A DNA stretch of 64,000 nucleotides from Magallana gigas (GCF_963853765.1 NC_088854.1:8432001-8496000), one strand, 5' to 3'; positions 11,466 to 26,900 are shown, numbered from the stretch's first letter. Numbers and translations: made by a program. Notes: generated by a model not told the origin, from the sequence alone.

Positions 11466-14400
11466 ATATGTGTATAATTACAAATATTCTAGAATCTAGA
11501 GTGACAACAACAACAATTGATGATTGAACAATAAGCAGTTTCCCGTGTACATCGTTTTGTAAATTTTTTATTTCATTCTTGCTCTTTTTTCTTTAAAAGA
11601 TTTGACAACCTTTGCAACATAGCTTCGTCCAATAAACGTTCAAATCATAACATTTTTTTTGTTAACTGGTTGCAGTGTGTAACTGTGTGTACTAGAGTAC
11701 ATGCTTAATAATGATTTATTGGTATGACCAACATAAAAATACATTATTTTGTTTTGGTATCAATATCATTTTTATACCATGGACCGTAAGGTAATGTATA
11801 TTTGACACAGCGATGTGAGTAAAGTCCTCACTGACACAAACAAAACATTGCCAATAACCACATATGAGCGTGTTCATTTGTCGGGGATCATTTTTACAGC
11901 TATATATTCTTTATCAAGACCCAGATATTGCGTCCTTGCCATAGATCGATGTAATTATATACGATACTGTAGTGATAATCTTCCTCTCTGGAGCCGGCGA
12001 TATTGAACACAGCGGCGAGTCCGCTCCATCATTGTGTCGCTTTGTATTGTTTAACTTATTGTTATTGCAAATATCGTACTAGTACTAGTGACAGTGGTTT
12101 CGACACTGTGTCGTTTTTATGGTGAATGTATGAGTTTCTACTTCAATAAGAAATAGAGAATAGTATATTGAAATAGATTGGCTGGCTTTGAAATTATGGG
12201 TGTTTTGCTTAAAATCGCAACACTTTCAGACAAGAGAAAATAGATTGAATAAAATAAATAAATAGAAAATAAGTAATTTAATAAAATGGGCACTATATGT
12301 TCGCATATTATTTTCTCCAGAAATAGTTTTTCTTACCTTGCAAACGTCGAGTCTGGTAACTGAGGCACAAATCAAACATTTATTCTTAATCGTTGATTAC
12401 ATTGAAAACGAGGGACTAGAAACTTAACAACCAGATAACGTATCGAAGCCGATTCGGGGCGGCAACATTTCATGAAGGGGTAAATTGTTATTTTTATGTG
12501 AAAGTTTGAATTTGGAGAGATTTTTGGATGAAAATTACGATAAATACCTGTTAGCTGCAAAAGCCTGCACGCGCAAATAACAGATAATTAAATGAAAAGA
12601 ATAGTAAGCAAATAGATTTAAAACAAAAAAACAAAAAAAAAACCACCCAAAACAAAATCAATACTAAAAAACCACTCAACAAAAGGCCGAAAGGAAAGAT
12701 GGCTCAACAATGAATTACGTCCAACTCTGATCAAAGTAGCTAAAACTGTTATCTAATACAATTCAATATAAACATACATGTAATACTACCGATGGTGACA
12801 TTTTCTCACTTATGGGTACACTAGCTTTGATTTGAACTTGAAACCTCTTTAAACCATTCTGCAGCTTTTTACTTTCACAAATTTGAAGATGGGTGGAAAA
12901 GGCGTGTAAAATGCACATACACGGTCGGACAAGCTACTGAAAAATTAAAATATCAATAAATCTGATGTTTTGTTTAAAAATCATTTAAAACAATATACAT
13001 CTACATATCATTGATTTTTAACCTATAAACATTTTCAATACTTGGAATATGTTGACTCAAACAGGCGTATACGTATCAAAACCTGCAAATACTGTCATTT
13101 TTTAGAACTTCAAGGCATTTTCTTTTATAGAGTGGGTCTGTGCTCCATATTTTTCTCATTGTCTAAATAAGGTCTATTGGAAAACAAACCGATTTCAATC
13201 AACAAAAACGTGGAGAGATGACCCACTATACATTATAATCATCATTATCATTTTGTATTCCAACAATTGAACGTTTTTGAAAAATAGTACAAGTCCGTAA
13301 ATTCGTGGTAAAAGTCACACATAATATTTAAACATCCTACTTTGTAGTGTCTGAAATAAGCTAACCTTATAAACCTAGGGTTTTTATGTTATGGGTTCGA
13401 TACCGCAAAAATTTCTGGCAATATTTTTTTCTTCTTAAATTATCTTTGGTTAAATATATTAAAAACTGAATACCCATGTATGTAGTTAGAAATTGTGCTT
13501 TTGCAAACTTGTATTATTATACATGTATATTGAATATATTTAATTGGGAAAAAATAAATTTTAAATTGTATTTCACTTACTACTAAACCGAATGGGCATT
13601 TGCGCCATCTTATTCCCCCATCTTCTTCACAAATTTTAGATTTTGCTTTATTCACAGTTTTTTTTTATCCATATTTCAATGATATTTAATTTAATCCCTC
13701 TTGCTACCGTTTTTAACGAATTATTGCTTCCCTTTTTTCTTTTAGAATAATTCGCATATATACCCCCCCCCACCCCCCACCCCCTTAATTTTGATCTTTC
13801 TTGGTCGCATATAGCTCTTCTAAATATATTCATTTGAGCACAGTTTGGAGAAAAAAAATCATAATAGAAATAATTTTTCCGAAAATGTTAGATATCCTTA
13901 AGGCTTAGTTTTGATTTCATAATAAATAATGTACATCATAGAGAAACGGTGCACTGGCTTAAATGTCAGAACTTTTCCCCTAGTCTCATGTGAATGTGAA
14001 ATATAATGAAATATCTGTAATAAAAACAATACTTCTGTTATTGCATATATTATATTGGGCCCTGCCTATTATTGCAATTGCGATTGTGCCAACAAAATAT
14101 TTGTATTATTTGTATTACGATTTGAATGAACTTATTATGAATGAAATAATTTAAATAATAAATTCTGTAATGCACATTAGACACAAAAAATATAACATGA
14201 TCGAAACACTCCCCCGCAACCTTCTATCCGTGGCTTTTTGAACGAATTTGATATTTTACTTGCACATTTCAGACGTTTTCTCGGCGGTATTTCGTCAGAT
14301 ATTTCGGACTACCTCTAAACCCCACCCCCGAAAAAAAGGACGTAAAAAAAAGAGCCCGGAAAATATGGTTCGATTTTGATTTTAGCGTCTTGAAAATAAC

Positions 14401-14927
14401 ATCCGATATTATTCGGAGGATCTATTTCATCGTGGCGAAATCTTGTGTCAGTTGTGAAAGCTTTTAAGTTATAATTGCTCAATCATAACCATTGAAAAAT
14501 TAATAAATATTGTTTCCCATTTTACAAAGTAATTGGACTTTGAGTTATATCTATTTAAAGTGATGACGACAATATCTCAGCGAACGGAATTTACGACAGA
14601 ACCTGCTCACCCCCTCACCGACTTTATTGAAACAGTCCTCTCGTGATATACTGGCCTTATGTCAGATCGATCTACTGTAGCCACCAAGTATGTAGTAGTT
14701 TTAAGAGGTTGGGGGAATTTAAAGTTGGGAAATTGCAATATTAAAGATTTTAAATAGATGTATTTTTAATAAGCAAAACTGAAAAATGACCGCTATCTTA
14801 CTGCATAATTGATATACTGATAACGTGCACGTAGTCCACTAGTCGGTGCATCATGCATAAAATGAAGTGTGATATGACATAGTTTTAAGTAATTTGTAAT
14901 TGCAGCTGGATTTTCTGAAGGAAAAGT

Positions 14928-17900
14928 ATGGCGGCAAATTCAGTAGATGGGCGAAACGTGCAAGTGGATGTCCGAGAGCTCTTCAACTTATTAGAGTCAA
15001 ATCAGCTGAAGACTGTGGATGAAATCACAGAGGAAATTCAGCAGCATCTTAGTGCTGGTGGGTGCATTCACCAGCTCTTTTATAATCTATGAACTGTGTA
15101 ATGTCTGGCAGAATTATGAAAGAAGTTGTCGGTCTGGCTGTGTTCAAGTAACTAACTTAATAGATTGACAAATAAAAGGATTAACTATACACTGTTAATG
15201 AGATTCCCTTGCATAAATTTCATAAAAATGATATTTGAAATTCAGCATTCAGGGTTATTTTCACCCTTCTACATCTTCGATTGGTTTCACTCCATCTTTA
15301 ATTTGCCCAGACACAGTTGTGTTGAAAAGAAACAATATGAAATATTTTAATTCACCCAGTGTTTAATTTGCCATTGACAACAAGGGCAAAAGGGGTAAAA
15401 ATAAAACGGGGGCAAATATTTTCCCGTGTACAGTACCTAGTACTAGTAGTTAAATTATTTATACCTAGTTGGGTGTCTTTAAAAAAAACTTTGACCATCC
15501 CCGACAAAATTCATGGGTACTGGGCAGCTGTATCCACTGTTGTTTCAAACATTAGGGATATATCATATTATATTTATTTTCATAACGTCGTCTTAAGATT
15601 GTAGATAATTATGCTGTGAAATTCCTGTCAATAAATGAATGATAAATGTTTTTGGCAGTTAAGGAAGCTTGGCTGATCAACAGTCTGGTGGACTACTTCT
15701 ACATAGCCCAGACCGATCGTGTGATTGACATCCTTACCTCTGTCAGGGAGCCACATGACAAGGTGTGCAAAATCAACCAAGCAATTTCATTCTTTTAACA
15801 TGTAGCAAAGAGAACCAGACACATTGCTTTTATAAGAAATAATTTCTTTCATTTTACTTCGTTATTGCTAATGATGCAGAGTTGTCTTTGGTAGAATTTT
15901 AAAAAATCATTTTCTTTCTACAAGTATAAAATGTGCAGATTAATATTTCCTTGCCACATTTCTAAGATTTGATTCAATCATGCCTTGAATATTTCAGCAT
16001 TTGGTTGAAAAATTAGCCGAGGGGATAAAGAACGACAAGCACCAGTTGTTGGCAATGAAACTTCTTCTCCATGTTGTGTGCAAACAACCTATGTGGGTCC
16101 ATAAACTGATCAAACCACCAATATTTCCAGCCCTGATCAAATGTTTGAAGGTCAGGAGACTTGCACTTATCATCAAAATATTTCACAATAGGATAATGAC
16201 AATAGCAAAATTGATAAATTGATAGCATTTTATGAGTGATTTTGATTTCATACCCATCTTTCTTTTATTTTGCTGTGATTTTACATGTATATAAATGTGA
16301 CGGTCAGACTGGATTGAAAACTGGTACCAGATAGTTCAGTTGCTTGAGCACCTGACTAAAAATTTAGGGGGCATGAGTTTAAATCCTGTTCTGGTCTGAC
16401 ATTATTTCTCCCATCGCATTACCGGTACATATGTATTCATATTGGATTTTAGTTAGATATATTTTGAGATACCACCTGAAAGGCAAGATTTAAGGGTGTG
16501 TTCAAAACAAGAAACTTTGATAAAGTTGTAAACTGTAGAGCTTTATAAAATTACCCCCTTATTTTAGAAATTTAGAAATATGTATTTAAAACCTTACTTT
16601 ACTGGTTTAAAGATGGAAAAATTTGTCAGTTTGAGAAAAAAGCCTTCACCGATTTGGTTGGATGTTGCAAGTAAAATAAACCTCTAGTTTAAGATATTAC
16701 ATTACATGTATTTGTTTACAGACAGACACTGACATTCCGCTTCTGATGACGGGCGTCATGGTCATCACCATCCTACTTCCTGCCATCCCGTCTCTCGTTG
16801 GAAAATACCTCCCTGATATTTTTGACATTTTTGGTCATCTGGTTAGCTTCAATATCAGGAAGCCAAGTAAGTTTCATTAATTTGGCAGTTTAAAGCACTA
16901 TATTCATTCAAGCCCTGTATTTTGGTATGTTTGTACTTGATGGATATGGATATTTTACTCCTGGCTTTTGGTGCAGACAAATTGCACCATGGGAATGATT
17001 TACAATTACCTAATTAGCTTTTATACTGTGCAATTGTTCATTCTTGTAACGAACTGTCTGAATCTTTGAAATCTGAATTCTTAAGCACTGGAAATGATAT
17101 TGCTGTATTAACAATACATATTACATGTATGTATCACCTATGCATGGGTTGTTTTGTTTGTTTTTTAAATAATTTGATGTATTACAATAGGTTCTCCCAA
17201 AGAGGGTAAATATGGTGTGTATGGTTTTCATAATAGCATGTTTCCATTGGGTATATGGAAAGCTTTCTTGAATAACATTCCTTTATTTCAAATTTACATG
17301 TGCATCCTTTGTTGGTACCGGTAATTACAAGAAATGAATTGGGATCCGTTAATATAAAGTTTGTTTTGAATGAAGGATACAGCAATTTTATAAACATAGT
17401 GAAATTTTTTGAAGTTCCTGGCAGCAGTCTTAGAGCTATTTTATCAATAATATAGAGTTTTGGTATGATGCAAATACATGTAATTATTTATGTTATGCAT
17501 GAAAACCGTGTAGAATTGATAATGTCCTCAATGAAATCTAATTTCTGTTTCACAACTACCTAAAGTTCATGGTCTTGTTAAATTTGCTCTTGCGGTTTCT
17601 TATTATAACATATATTATTGTGTTGCATCATACATGTTGTAATTTTCTTGTAGAAGCGTTGTGTTGTAAAAAATGTAGTAATAGAATTCAATTAATATTA
17701 TTAAAACTATATTAGAATTTAAATAAAATTGTAGATTTGGGGAATAAATGAGAGTTTGTGGCTTGTGTTTATGCATAACAAATGAAGAGCCGTCAGCCAA
17801 CCATATTTGTATGATGATAATTCACTCTGTGTTAGATGAACTTGAATACTGGTATATTGAAGTTTTATTTATTATAATAAACAAAGAATGTATCTATGGG

Positions 17901-20900
17901 TGGGTGGGGGTAGAATCAATGAAAGGATTCACTGTGTATGGCCTTCTAGTTGCCTGCTTCTCACTGCTCTGTGTGTGTGTGTGTGTTCATCTGTGTGTAA
18001 CTGGTAGTGTAGAATCAACAGATGTGCTAAAAGTAGGTCAGCAGATTTACTGGTACCTGTATATGCTTTATATGCAATAAACCTTCAGCTGAATAGTAAA
18101 AGACAATAAATATCCAACCTCATCTTGTGATACATGTATTGTTTTGATTTGAAAATGTTTTTGTTTACTGCTTGTTTCAGTTAAGATAAGCACAACTTAT
18201 TAACTAAGTTTTAGTTAATGATTCTGTTGTTTGTCTGTATGTCAATTACGTGAATTGGAATGTGAATTTTGTTATTGATTATGTTGATTGATTGATTTTT
18301 GTATTTTTATAATATATGGTAATCATGTTTACAAATAAGTAAGATACCCATAATCCGGATCTTTTACAAGTGGCATAGATACATGTACTTGTAGTTGGAA
18401 GTTTGTAGAAATATTGTCTATTTTTAATGATGATGATGATGATGATGACAGATTTATGAAATAACAATCTGTATTATACATGTACATGTATATGAAGTAT
18501 AATATTTGGAATTTAAATTTTGTGAGGTATGATTGCTACAACTACTATATATTGTAATATTGCAATTCAAATTCAAATTCAAATTCAAATTCAACCACTA
18601 TTTGAACAGATTATTAAATTAGATTGTCATGGAAAAAAGTAAAAGTTTGCATCATGGATTAAATGTTGCAAGACCAGTGTTGGGTAGTTGAAATTATCAG
18701 AACTTGTGATGGCTTAACTTTCCTGGATTTCATGGCTTCAGTCATACAGCATAAAACATGGCACTAGTTGACTTTCGAATGTGGTTGTAAAGTCAGATTT
18801 ACACTTTAATAAGTATCAAAATTACAAGTTAGTCTCTTCAAGATAATGGCCAATATCTGGCTTTCTTGAGATTCTAGATATATATATATGACTGGTTTTT
18901 TTTTTACAGGCAATGCCCCGGACATTTTCCTTTTACATCTACAAGTGGCTCTGTATGGTCTGTTTCATCGCCTCTATGGAATGTTCCCCTACACCTTCCT
19001 TACTTACCTCAGGCATCACTACTCCAAAAAAGATAATGCGGCAGCTTACGAAGAATCCATTAAAGTATGTTAATTTTAATCCTAGGGTGCCTGTTACATA
19101 AATTTTAAGGTACACACTGGACTTTATTAGCATTCTGTGACATTTAACCACTGTGTGCCACAGATAAGCTATAAATGACTGCACCTATATCTGTTTCACA
19201 TGTATTTCTTTTTGTCTTCCAGCCAATGCTTGAGAGGGTAAGGCTTCATCCCCATCTCATCAGTGAAACAAGAGAGAAGGAAATGGATGGTAAAAGGTAA
19301 TAGCAAGTAGTCATTTGACTCTACAGCTTTTGATACACCTGTCTGTTTTCTGGGTTTGTTATATGGTATGATTTTTTGTTTTGTAGGTGGAAGTCTCTTG
19401 AGGACCATGACGTGATTGTTCTATGTGCTAAAATGTCCATTGACCAGATAGAAGGGACTTGGGAGGAGATGTCTTGTCCAGTCGTCTCTTCCTCCTACAG
19501 GTCTATCATGTCGGTGGAGGGAGGGCGGAAAACATCCACCAGTGGTATGTCTGGAGTTCTCAAGAATCTTGCTTACCATTTATTATAATCCTTTCTATAA
19601 CTGTCCTGATCAAGGATTATCGATAAACATGTATCTGAAGTTTATGGTTTGAAATATTCTGAAATAGTCCTATAAATGGAAATCTTGTAAATTTGTTATG
19701 TTACTTGACAGGGCATCATTTTCAGATCACTACAGAGAAACATACAGATTTTAAAAACAGTGTTTTGTTTCTCTGTAATGATGACTACTAAGATAATCTG
19801 TATATTATTTAAATCAAATATCCTGATTGTGTGGTTCCCTAGATCCTTGATAATACATATTTATTAAGTACTTGTTGTAGTGTCCATTTGTTTTGTAGAT
19901 GGGAAGAAATCAAGAAGCTCAATCTCCTCACCCCCACAGCTGAGCCCCCCAGTTATCTCCCAGGACCTGATCTCCTACTGGAGCCCCTCCCTGTCTGTAG
20001 GTCTGTCCACCCCTCCCTCCTCCCAGAGAACCACCCCCGCCACCAGTGTATTAGAGAACAGCCTTGCCAGCCTACATCAAGCCATACCAGGTACAAGGTT
20101 TATCTAGAGCAATTATATTTTCTGTTATATGTAATTCTGAAAACTCGAATGACAAGTGAATTTATTTGGTATAATGTAAATATTCCTGTATTAATTTGAA
20201 AGGAACCAGTGCTAACACCTCCACAACTGCTACTCCAAGAGCCACGCCCCCTATCACTTCAGAGGACGACAAGGTACTGCAGTCTTCAAATCTATATGTT
20301 AAGTATTTCATTAATGATTTTGATGGCTTACATTACTTAACTGTATAGGAGAGCTGATATTTTACTCACTTGTAGAACAAAGGGAGACTGAAAACTTACA
20401 GAGAAATGCATGTCAAGAAGCTGAGTCTGTCCAATAAATCCCTCCCAGGGTCAGCTGATGGTAAATCAGGCTCCTCCAGTGTCCCTCCCTCACCCCTGAG
20501 GGCAGAGTTTACTACAGAGCCCCCAAGAGGAATCTTTAAATCACTCCCTGTGAAGCAGGCCGCCAGAGAGTTGCAGTTTGATCCGGGATCAAGAAGGAGA
20601 AGTCTGGGCACGCCTGATCTGTCGTCTGAGAACTTCCATGACAGCTCCCTGACAGGGGAGGGGTCGTTGAGGGACGTGGAGGGGGAGAAGTCGCAGGTAG
20701 ACCTCATGGAGTCATATTCTAGAGATGCCATAATCAAGATTCAGACTGCTGAAGAGGGTAAGAAATTTTAAATCATAGGGAATTTCATCATGCTAATTCC
20801 AGAATGGCAGACAAAATCTTTGGAGTTATCACCATGAGCTTGAATTGTATTAGGAAATACTTTTGATTTTGACAATGTATTTAAAGATAAAAGCAAACTT

Positions 20901-23900
20901 TTCTTACACCTTTTATTGATGAAAAATATTTGTGTTATATTGCAGTAGATACAGAGGATCAAGAAGTTTCAGACATCACTAAGAATCCAGTTCCTCCCCA
21001 GTTCCAGACTGCAGAGTCTGTTGCTAAGTTCATGAGGAGTGTAAACCGTATCAGATTCAACAGTATGTCAAATGAAGTAGAGTCCTTTCTTGCCCAGGAA
21101 AAATTTTGTAGCAAGAGAAATTCCAGGTCTTGTCCTAACTTGGATAAAATGGCTGTTGCTGAGGAAGAAGCAGAAGATCAGATGTCGCGATCAGTCTCGA
21201 CCACGTTTAAACAGTCATCAGTGGTCAACTTGCCAAAGGTCGGTGGCATTAAAGACTCAGAACGAACTTCTACCCCTAACACCGAGGCTGATACCACCAA
21301 GGCCACCAATGTGACCATAAACCTGACATCCAATGTAGTCAACAACATCGCGTGCCAGAAAGTGGATGCTGGGAGCGGTGAGAGGGAGAGGGACATAATC
21401 AGCCTGTTAAGGTCAGTCCTGGTCCCAACCAAAGTGGCTGTGTGTCAGAGGTGCAGTGCTCAGTGTTTAACCAATGAATCTCCAAACAAGTCAGGTAAGA
21501 TTATCTATGAAAACATTATGGTCCTTTACTAGTGATTAAATGTTCTTAGTATTTACAGTTTATTCATTTATTGTATGTTTTTTGTAATTCAAGAACTGCC
21601 AATCCCGGTGTTTGAGACTTTTTCACCCCCAGAGCTACTAGACAGGCACCTACAGATGGGTGGAGAAATTCATGCCAAACAGCTCAGCAAGATTCCCCTC
21701 ACAAACCAGGACTCCATCAACTGGACACACTTTGGAGGTAGAATGGGAAATCGTGAGCAAACAGCTAACCTGAATTTTCATTGTTTGGACAGAATTAAAT
21801 AATAGGGAAGATTTTCATTGACTGATTCACTGTAGGCATGCCACCAGCTGATGAAGTGAACATTTTGCGAGGTCAGATTTTCATGATGAAGAACCAGATT
21901 CTCTATGAACGGAACAAGAGAGAACTTCATGCCAAGCGGAATCGACGTCTGCTCCGAAAGATCACTACAGCAAATGCATTAGAGGAACAAACCAAAGCTC
22001 AGGTGAAACTTTTAAACCAATTTTTTACTGGATGCAATTTTTTTAAATCCATGGTCGGTGTTTTTGTACGAAGTTTGAATCTCTCGAATCAGAATCAAAT
22101 TAACAATGATGTTCAGTGTATATGACACGGCTTTGCTTCTGTCATTATAAACTGTATATTTTCAATCAATGTATATAGCTGCCAGCAGATCTGTTAGATT
22201 TATTCCTCAGCGAAACCTAATGAACAACAGGAAACATTTGTAGAATCATAGTGAATTGTTAAAATAAAATTCATGTTATTTTCTTGACATTCATTATTCC
22301 AATGAACTGACTTGAAATGAAAAAGATCATTAACGACAAAATCATGGTTGTTTATATTTCATCCTAAGGATTTTTCTTTTTTCAGGCTGAGCAGATTCAA
22401 CTGATGAACACAGAGATCCAGAACCTGACGCTGTCAATGAAGATTCTACAGGAGGAAAACCGGCGGCTGAGGCAGACCAATGAAAGCAACGAGTACGAGA
22501 CGCAGGTCAAACTCAGGTAGGAGGTTATACTGGGGCAGTACGAGACAAAGGTCAATTCAGGTAGGAGGTTATAATTAGACAGTACGAGACGCAGATCAAA
22601 CTCAGATAGGAGGTTATACTGGGGCAGTACGAGACAAAGGTCAATTCAGGTAGGAGGTTATAATTAGACAGTACGAGACACAGGTCAAACTCAGGTAGGA
22701 GGTTTTTCTGGGGCAGTACGAGACAAAGGTCAAACTCGGGAAGGTGTTTATACTGGTACGGTAGCTGTTTGACTTAAAAGTAATTCTGTACAAACAGCAG
22801 CAAGCACCTGTTAAATGTTGGGTTTTATATTACCTGCAAATGTGTTTGATATACTGGTAATGTACATGTAAGTCATTTTAAAATATGAGCCGTTCTAAAA
22901 AAAGCCAGTTGCACTTGGTGGATTGGGGAATTGTATAAGTACAATGTACATTACATGTACATTTATCTCCTTGCTTAACCTCTTTATTAATGTTGGTTTA
23001 CTTACTAGTCTGATTAAAATGCTTTTGGTCAGAACTGTTTAGTGTCATTCACATTTACAGGAAATAAGTATTAAAATGTAATTGAGGATTACCATATTTA
23101 CATTATTAACATATTTTAGGTCCTGCCTAAATGAGCTCGATGAACTGCGATCAGCCAAGACAGAGATGAACACACTCTTAATTAGACAGAGGGAGGATCA
23201 GGATGCCCTCAAAGCTGTAAGTCCATCTCAGGTGGTTCTGAAATGCCAACAGATTAACATGTTTTACTACATGTACGTGTATACCAGTGTTAGCCGAGTG
23301 AAGTGACATAGTCACCATGAAGTAGCTCAACTTTTATAATAAACTTTTGGGGGGAGATTCATGGAGGAATTTAGATCTTTATGCTTTGTCATTTTGTTCA
23401 ATAATTATCTGACATTATTTTACATGTAAATAAGCCATGTAGTTTGGTCAAATTTCTAGTCACCAATTTTAGGTATATTCACTACTGTTAGTATTCAGTG
23501 AATTCCTGTGTGTGTGGTCATAATGCATGTACACATTTCTTTGAATTTGCTGTAGCCTTTATGTTACAATTTTCTTTTGTCTGTCATTTGATTTCATTTT
23601 GACTGTATGCCAACATGGTGATGTCAATAAACCATTGAATTGAATTGAATTAAATTTAATCTTTGTAGAAGCTTCAGAACAAAGAGGCCGAGTTGTTTAA
23701 GGAGCAGAGAATAAACCAACATCTCAAAGAACAGGTCCAGATGACACAGAGGCTGAAGGAACAGGTAAAAAATTCACCTGGATTTACTGTAGATTCCTTT
23801 TTTTACGCGAGATCTTCATTATGCGTTTCTATCAATTTGCATCAAATCGCTAGAATATAAAATCGTGAACACCAAATTTTTATCATAATTCCTAATAGTT

Positions 23901-26900
23901 TACATCTGTACGAAAAAGTAAATCGAGATTTTAAAATCTGCAAGATGTGCTTCTCGCAATGTTACGCGGATATTAATTCCTTGCATTTAATTAGGAATTC
24001 ACAGTACCCTCAATGTTGAGCAAATTCAAAAGTTCTTACAGCCACTTACCATAGATTCCCCTCATTCATCAGAAACCTACTGTCAATCTTTTTGTACAAT
24101 TAAGGCACAAAGGTGCAGTGTATGTTAATAATGGTCTTATATTTAAAAAAAAAATGGATTTAAATATACCTCCTCATTTGCTAGTGTTTGAACTGTGTAA
24201 GAATTGGAACTGGTTTATGTTGACCTTGACCTTTGATCTGTGATCCAGGTTCTGCAGCTTCACAAGGAGCTTCTATTGATGGGAGAACTTCAGGGTAAAT
24301 ACGAAACCAAGCTCCACGTCATCCGCAACAGCCATCATTCCAAGCCAGAGCAAGAGAATATGATTGCCACCCTGAGGGCAGAGAACAAAGGTAACCCTTT
24401 TGCCCTATAGTATATATGACATGTATCTTAAGGAATTTAATCAATATTAATCACATGCTACACTGTATGTAAATGACTGCTAATGAACTTAATCAATTCA
24501 ACAGATAATTAAATGTACATTGAATAAAGAACAAATATTGAATATTATGCTTATTTTATGCACATGGAATTTTAGCACTAAAAGAAAAGATGAAGACAAA
24601 TACATTGAATCTGGATGGATTTGGGAAGAAACTTCAGGACATGGAGGAACACTTACAGAATAAGGTAGTAAACCAGATGATCATATCTATTCTACACCTG
24701 TCTGTAATTTATGTACCTGTACTTTACTCAGAGTTAAATTACATTTGCAGCAATTGACTATTGAAGAGTTACAAAGGCAACTTCATTATGCCAAAGTCTG
24801 CCATGAGGATGAAATCAAAGTATGTAAACATAAACTATATTTAGTTTAGTAAGATTTCTCAAGGATAAAACTATGCTATAATTGATTTGAATATGATGAA
24901 GGGGACCTTGCATTTAACAATTGAGCATTTGTTCATATAGACATTTGTTACTATGTGTAAGCCTTCGGGTACTTGGTTAAGTATGACTATTAATTTTGTA
25001 GGCCGTGGAGGACAAGTACAACAGTGTGTGCAGCATCAACCAGAGACTGGAGGCTCACGTCATGTCCCTGTACGGACAGATCGACCAGATGGAGCGGCCA
25101 AGACAGGCCAAAGGTAAAACAGCACGGTCACGTTATACATGTAATGGGCTTCACTTTACACATGTTATATACATCAGAGGGGTCCTGTAACACATGTAAT
25201 AAATCGGAGGGATTTTGTAACACAAGTATTGTAGTATATCAGAGGGATCATTTAATGAAGTACATCAGAGGGATCATGTAATACATTTAATGTAGTACAT
25301 CAAAGGGATCATGTAACACATAATGTATTACATCAGAGGGATCATGTAACACATATAATATAGTACATCAGAGGGATCATGTAACACATTTAATGTAGTA
25401 CATGTAACTTAATAACTCGGAGGGGTCACATCAGAGGGATCATGTAACACATATACTGTAGTACATCAGAAGGATCATGTAAAACATACAATGTAGTACA
25501 TCAGAGGGATCATGTAGTACAAGTAATGTAGTACATCAGAGGGATCATGTAACACATATAATGTAGTACATCAGAGGAATCATGTAACACATTTAATGTA
25601 ATACATGTAACTTAATAACTCAGAGGAGCCACATGAAAAAACATAATGTAGTACATCAGAGGGGTAATGTTACACATGTAAAGTAATAATTCAGTTGGTT
25701 CACATAACACATGAAATGTAGTGCATCAGAGGGGTAATGTAACACATGTTATGTAATCCTTAAGTGCGGCCACATAATGCATGTAATGTAGTACATCAGA
25801 AAGGTCACTAAACACATGAAATTTGTACACCAGAGGGGTCATGTAGTACATGTTATGCAATATTAAAGGATTCACACAACACATGTAATTTTGTATATTA
25901 TAGGGGGTTATGAATCATATGTAATATAATCAATCAGAAGGGTCTCGCAACACTTAATGTAACACATGAATGTAGTACATAGGAGGAGTCATGTCACACA
26001 TGTAGTATAGTACATCAGAGAGGTCACATGATATATGTAATGTATTATAGCAGAGGGGTTATGTAACACATATAATGTAATACATCAGAGGGGTCATGTA
26101 ATACACATAATGTAATACATCAGAGGGTCATTTTGTACATGTAATGTTTTCTGTAAGATGGGTAATGTTATACATGTAATTTATGGTATACCATCAGAGA
26201 TGTCATAGAATACCGTAATGTGGTCTGTCGGAGGTACCACAAAAACATGTGATGTCATTTTTTGTAATGTGTTTAACAGAGTTTTATGTTGCACATGTTA
26301 TGTGGTGACTTTAAGGAGTCATATTGTCCTTTATTGGTGTTATCTCACAACTCTTAAAGCAGACCAAAGTTACACAAAAAAAATCCTAAAAGGTCTTGTT
26401 TTAATATTATTTGATATAAAGATGATTTTAGATGGAGATATTAAAGATGTGATGCTAAATCTAATTTTGTGTCACAGACATAATTGTATTCCATGATCAT
26501 GTTACTTTTCAAAAGTTTGAAATGTATGTTGAATTTGAGGCATTAGTATGACAACTTTGTTTCTCTTAGCAGAATAATGCATATCAGGGGTGTGTAAGTT
26601 TTCATGGCATGAAACAAGAACTGAAAAATCTGCTTTATTTCATCCTCTTTTCTTTTTTCAAATTCTACAATATTTTTTTTATTATCAAAAGCATGCAATT
26701 TTCAGCAAGTTCATGTATGCACATAGAATTGGATAGTGAAAATACTCCTTGTATGAACAAGGACAGGACTTTGTCTTTAAGATCCCTGGTATTGGAACAC
26801 GGTACATAAAGCTTATATTGTTTATAAGATGGAGAATAATGAGCATTCCCTGACTGTATAATAATTTATATGGCCTACATAAGCTTAATCAGATCTTACT

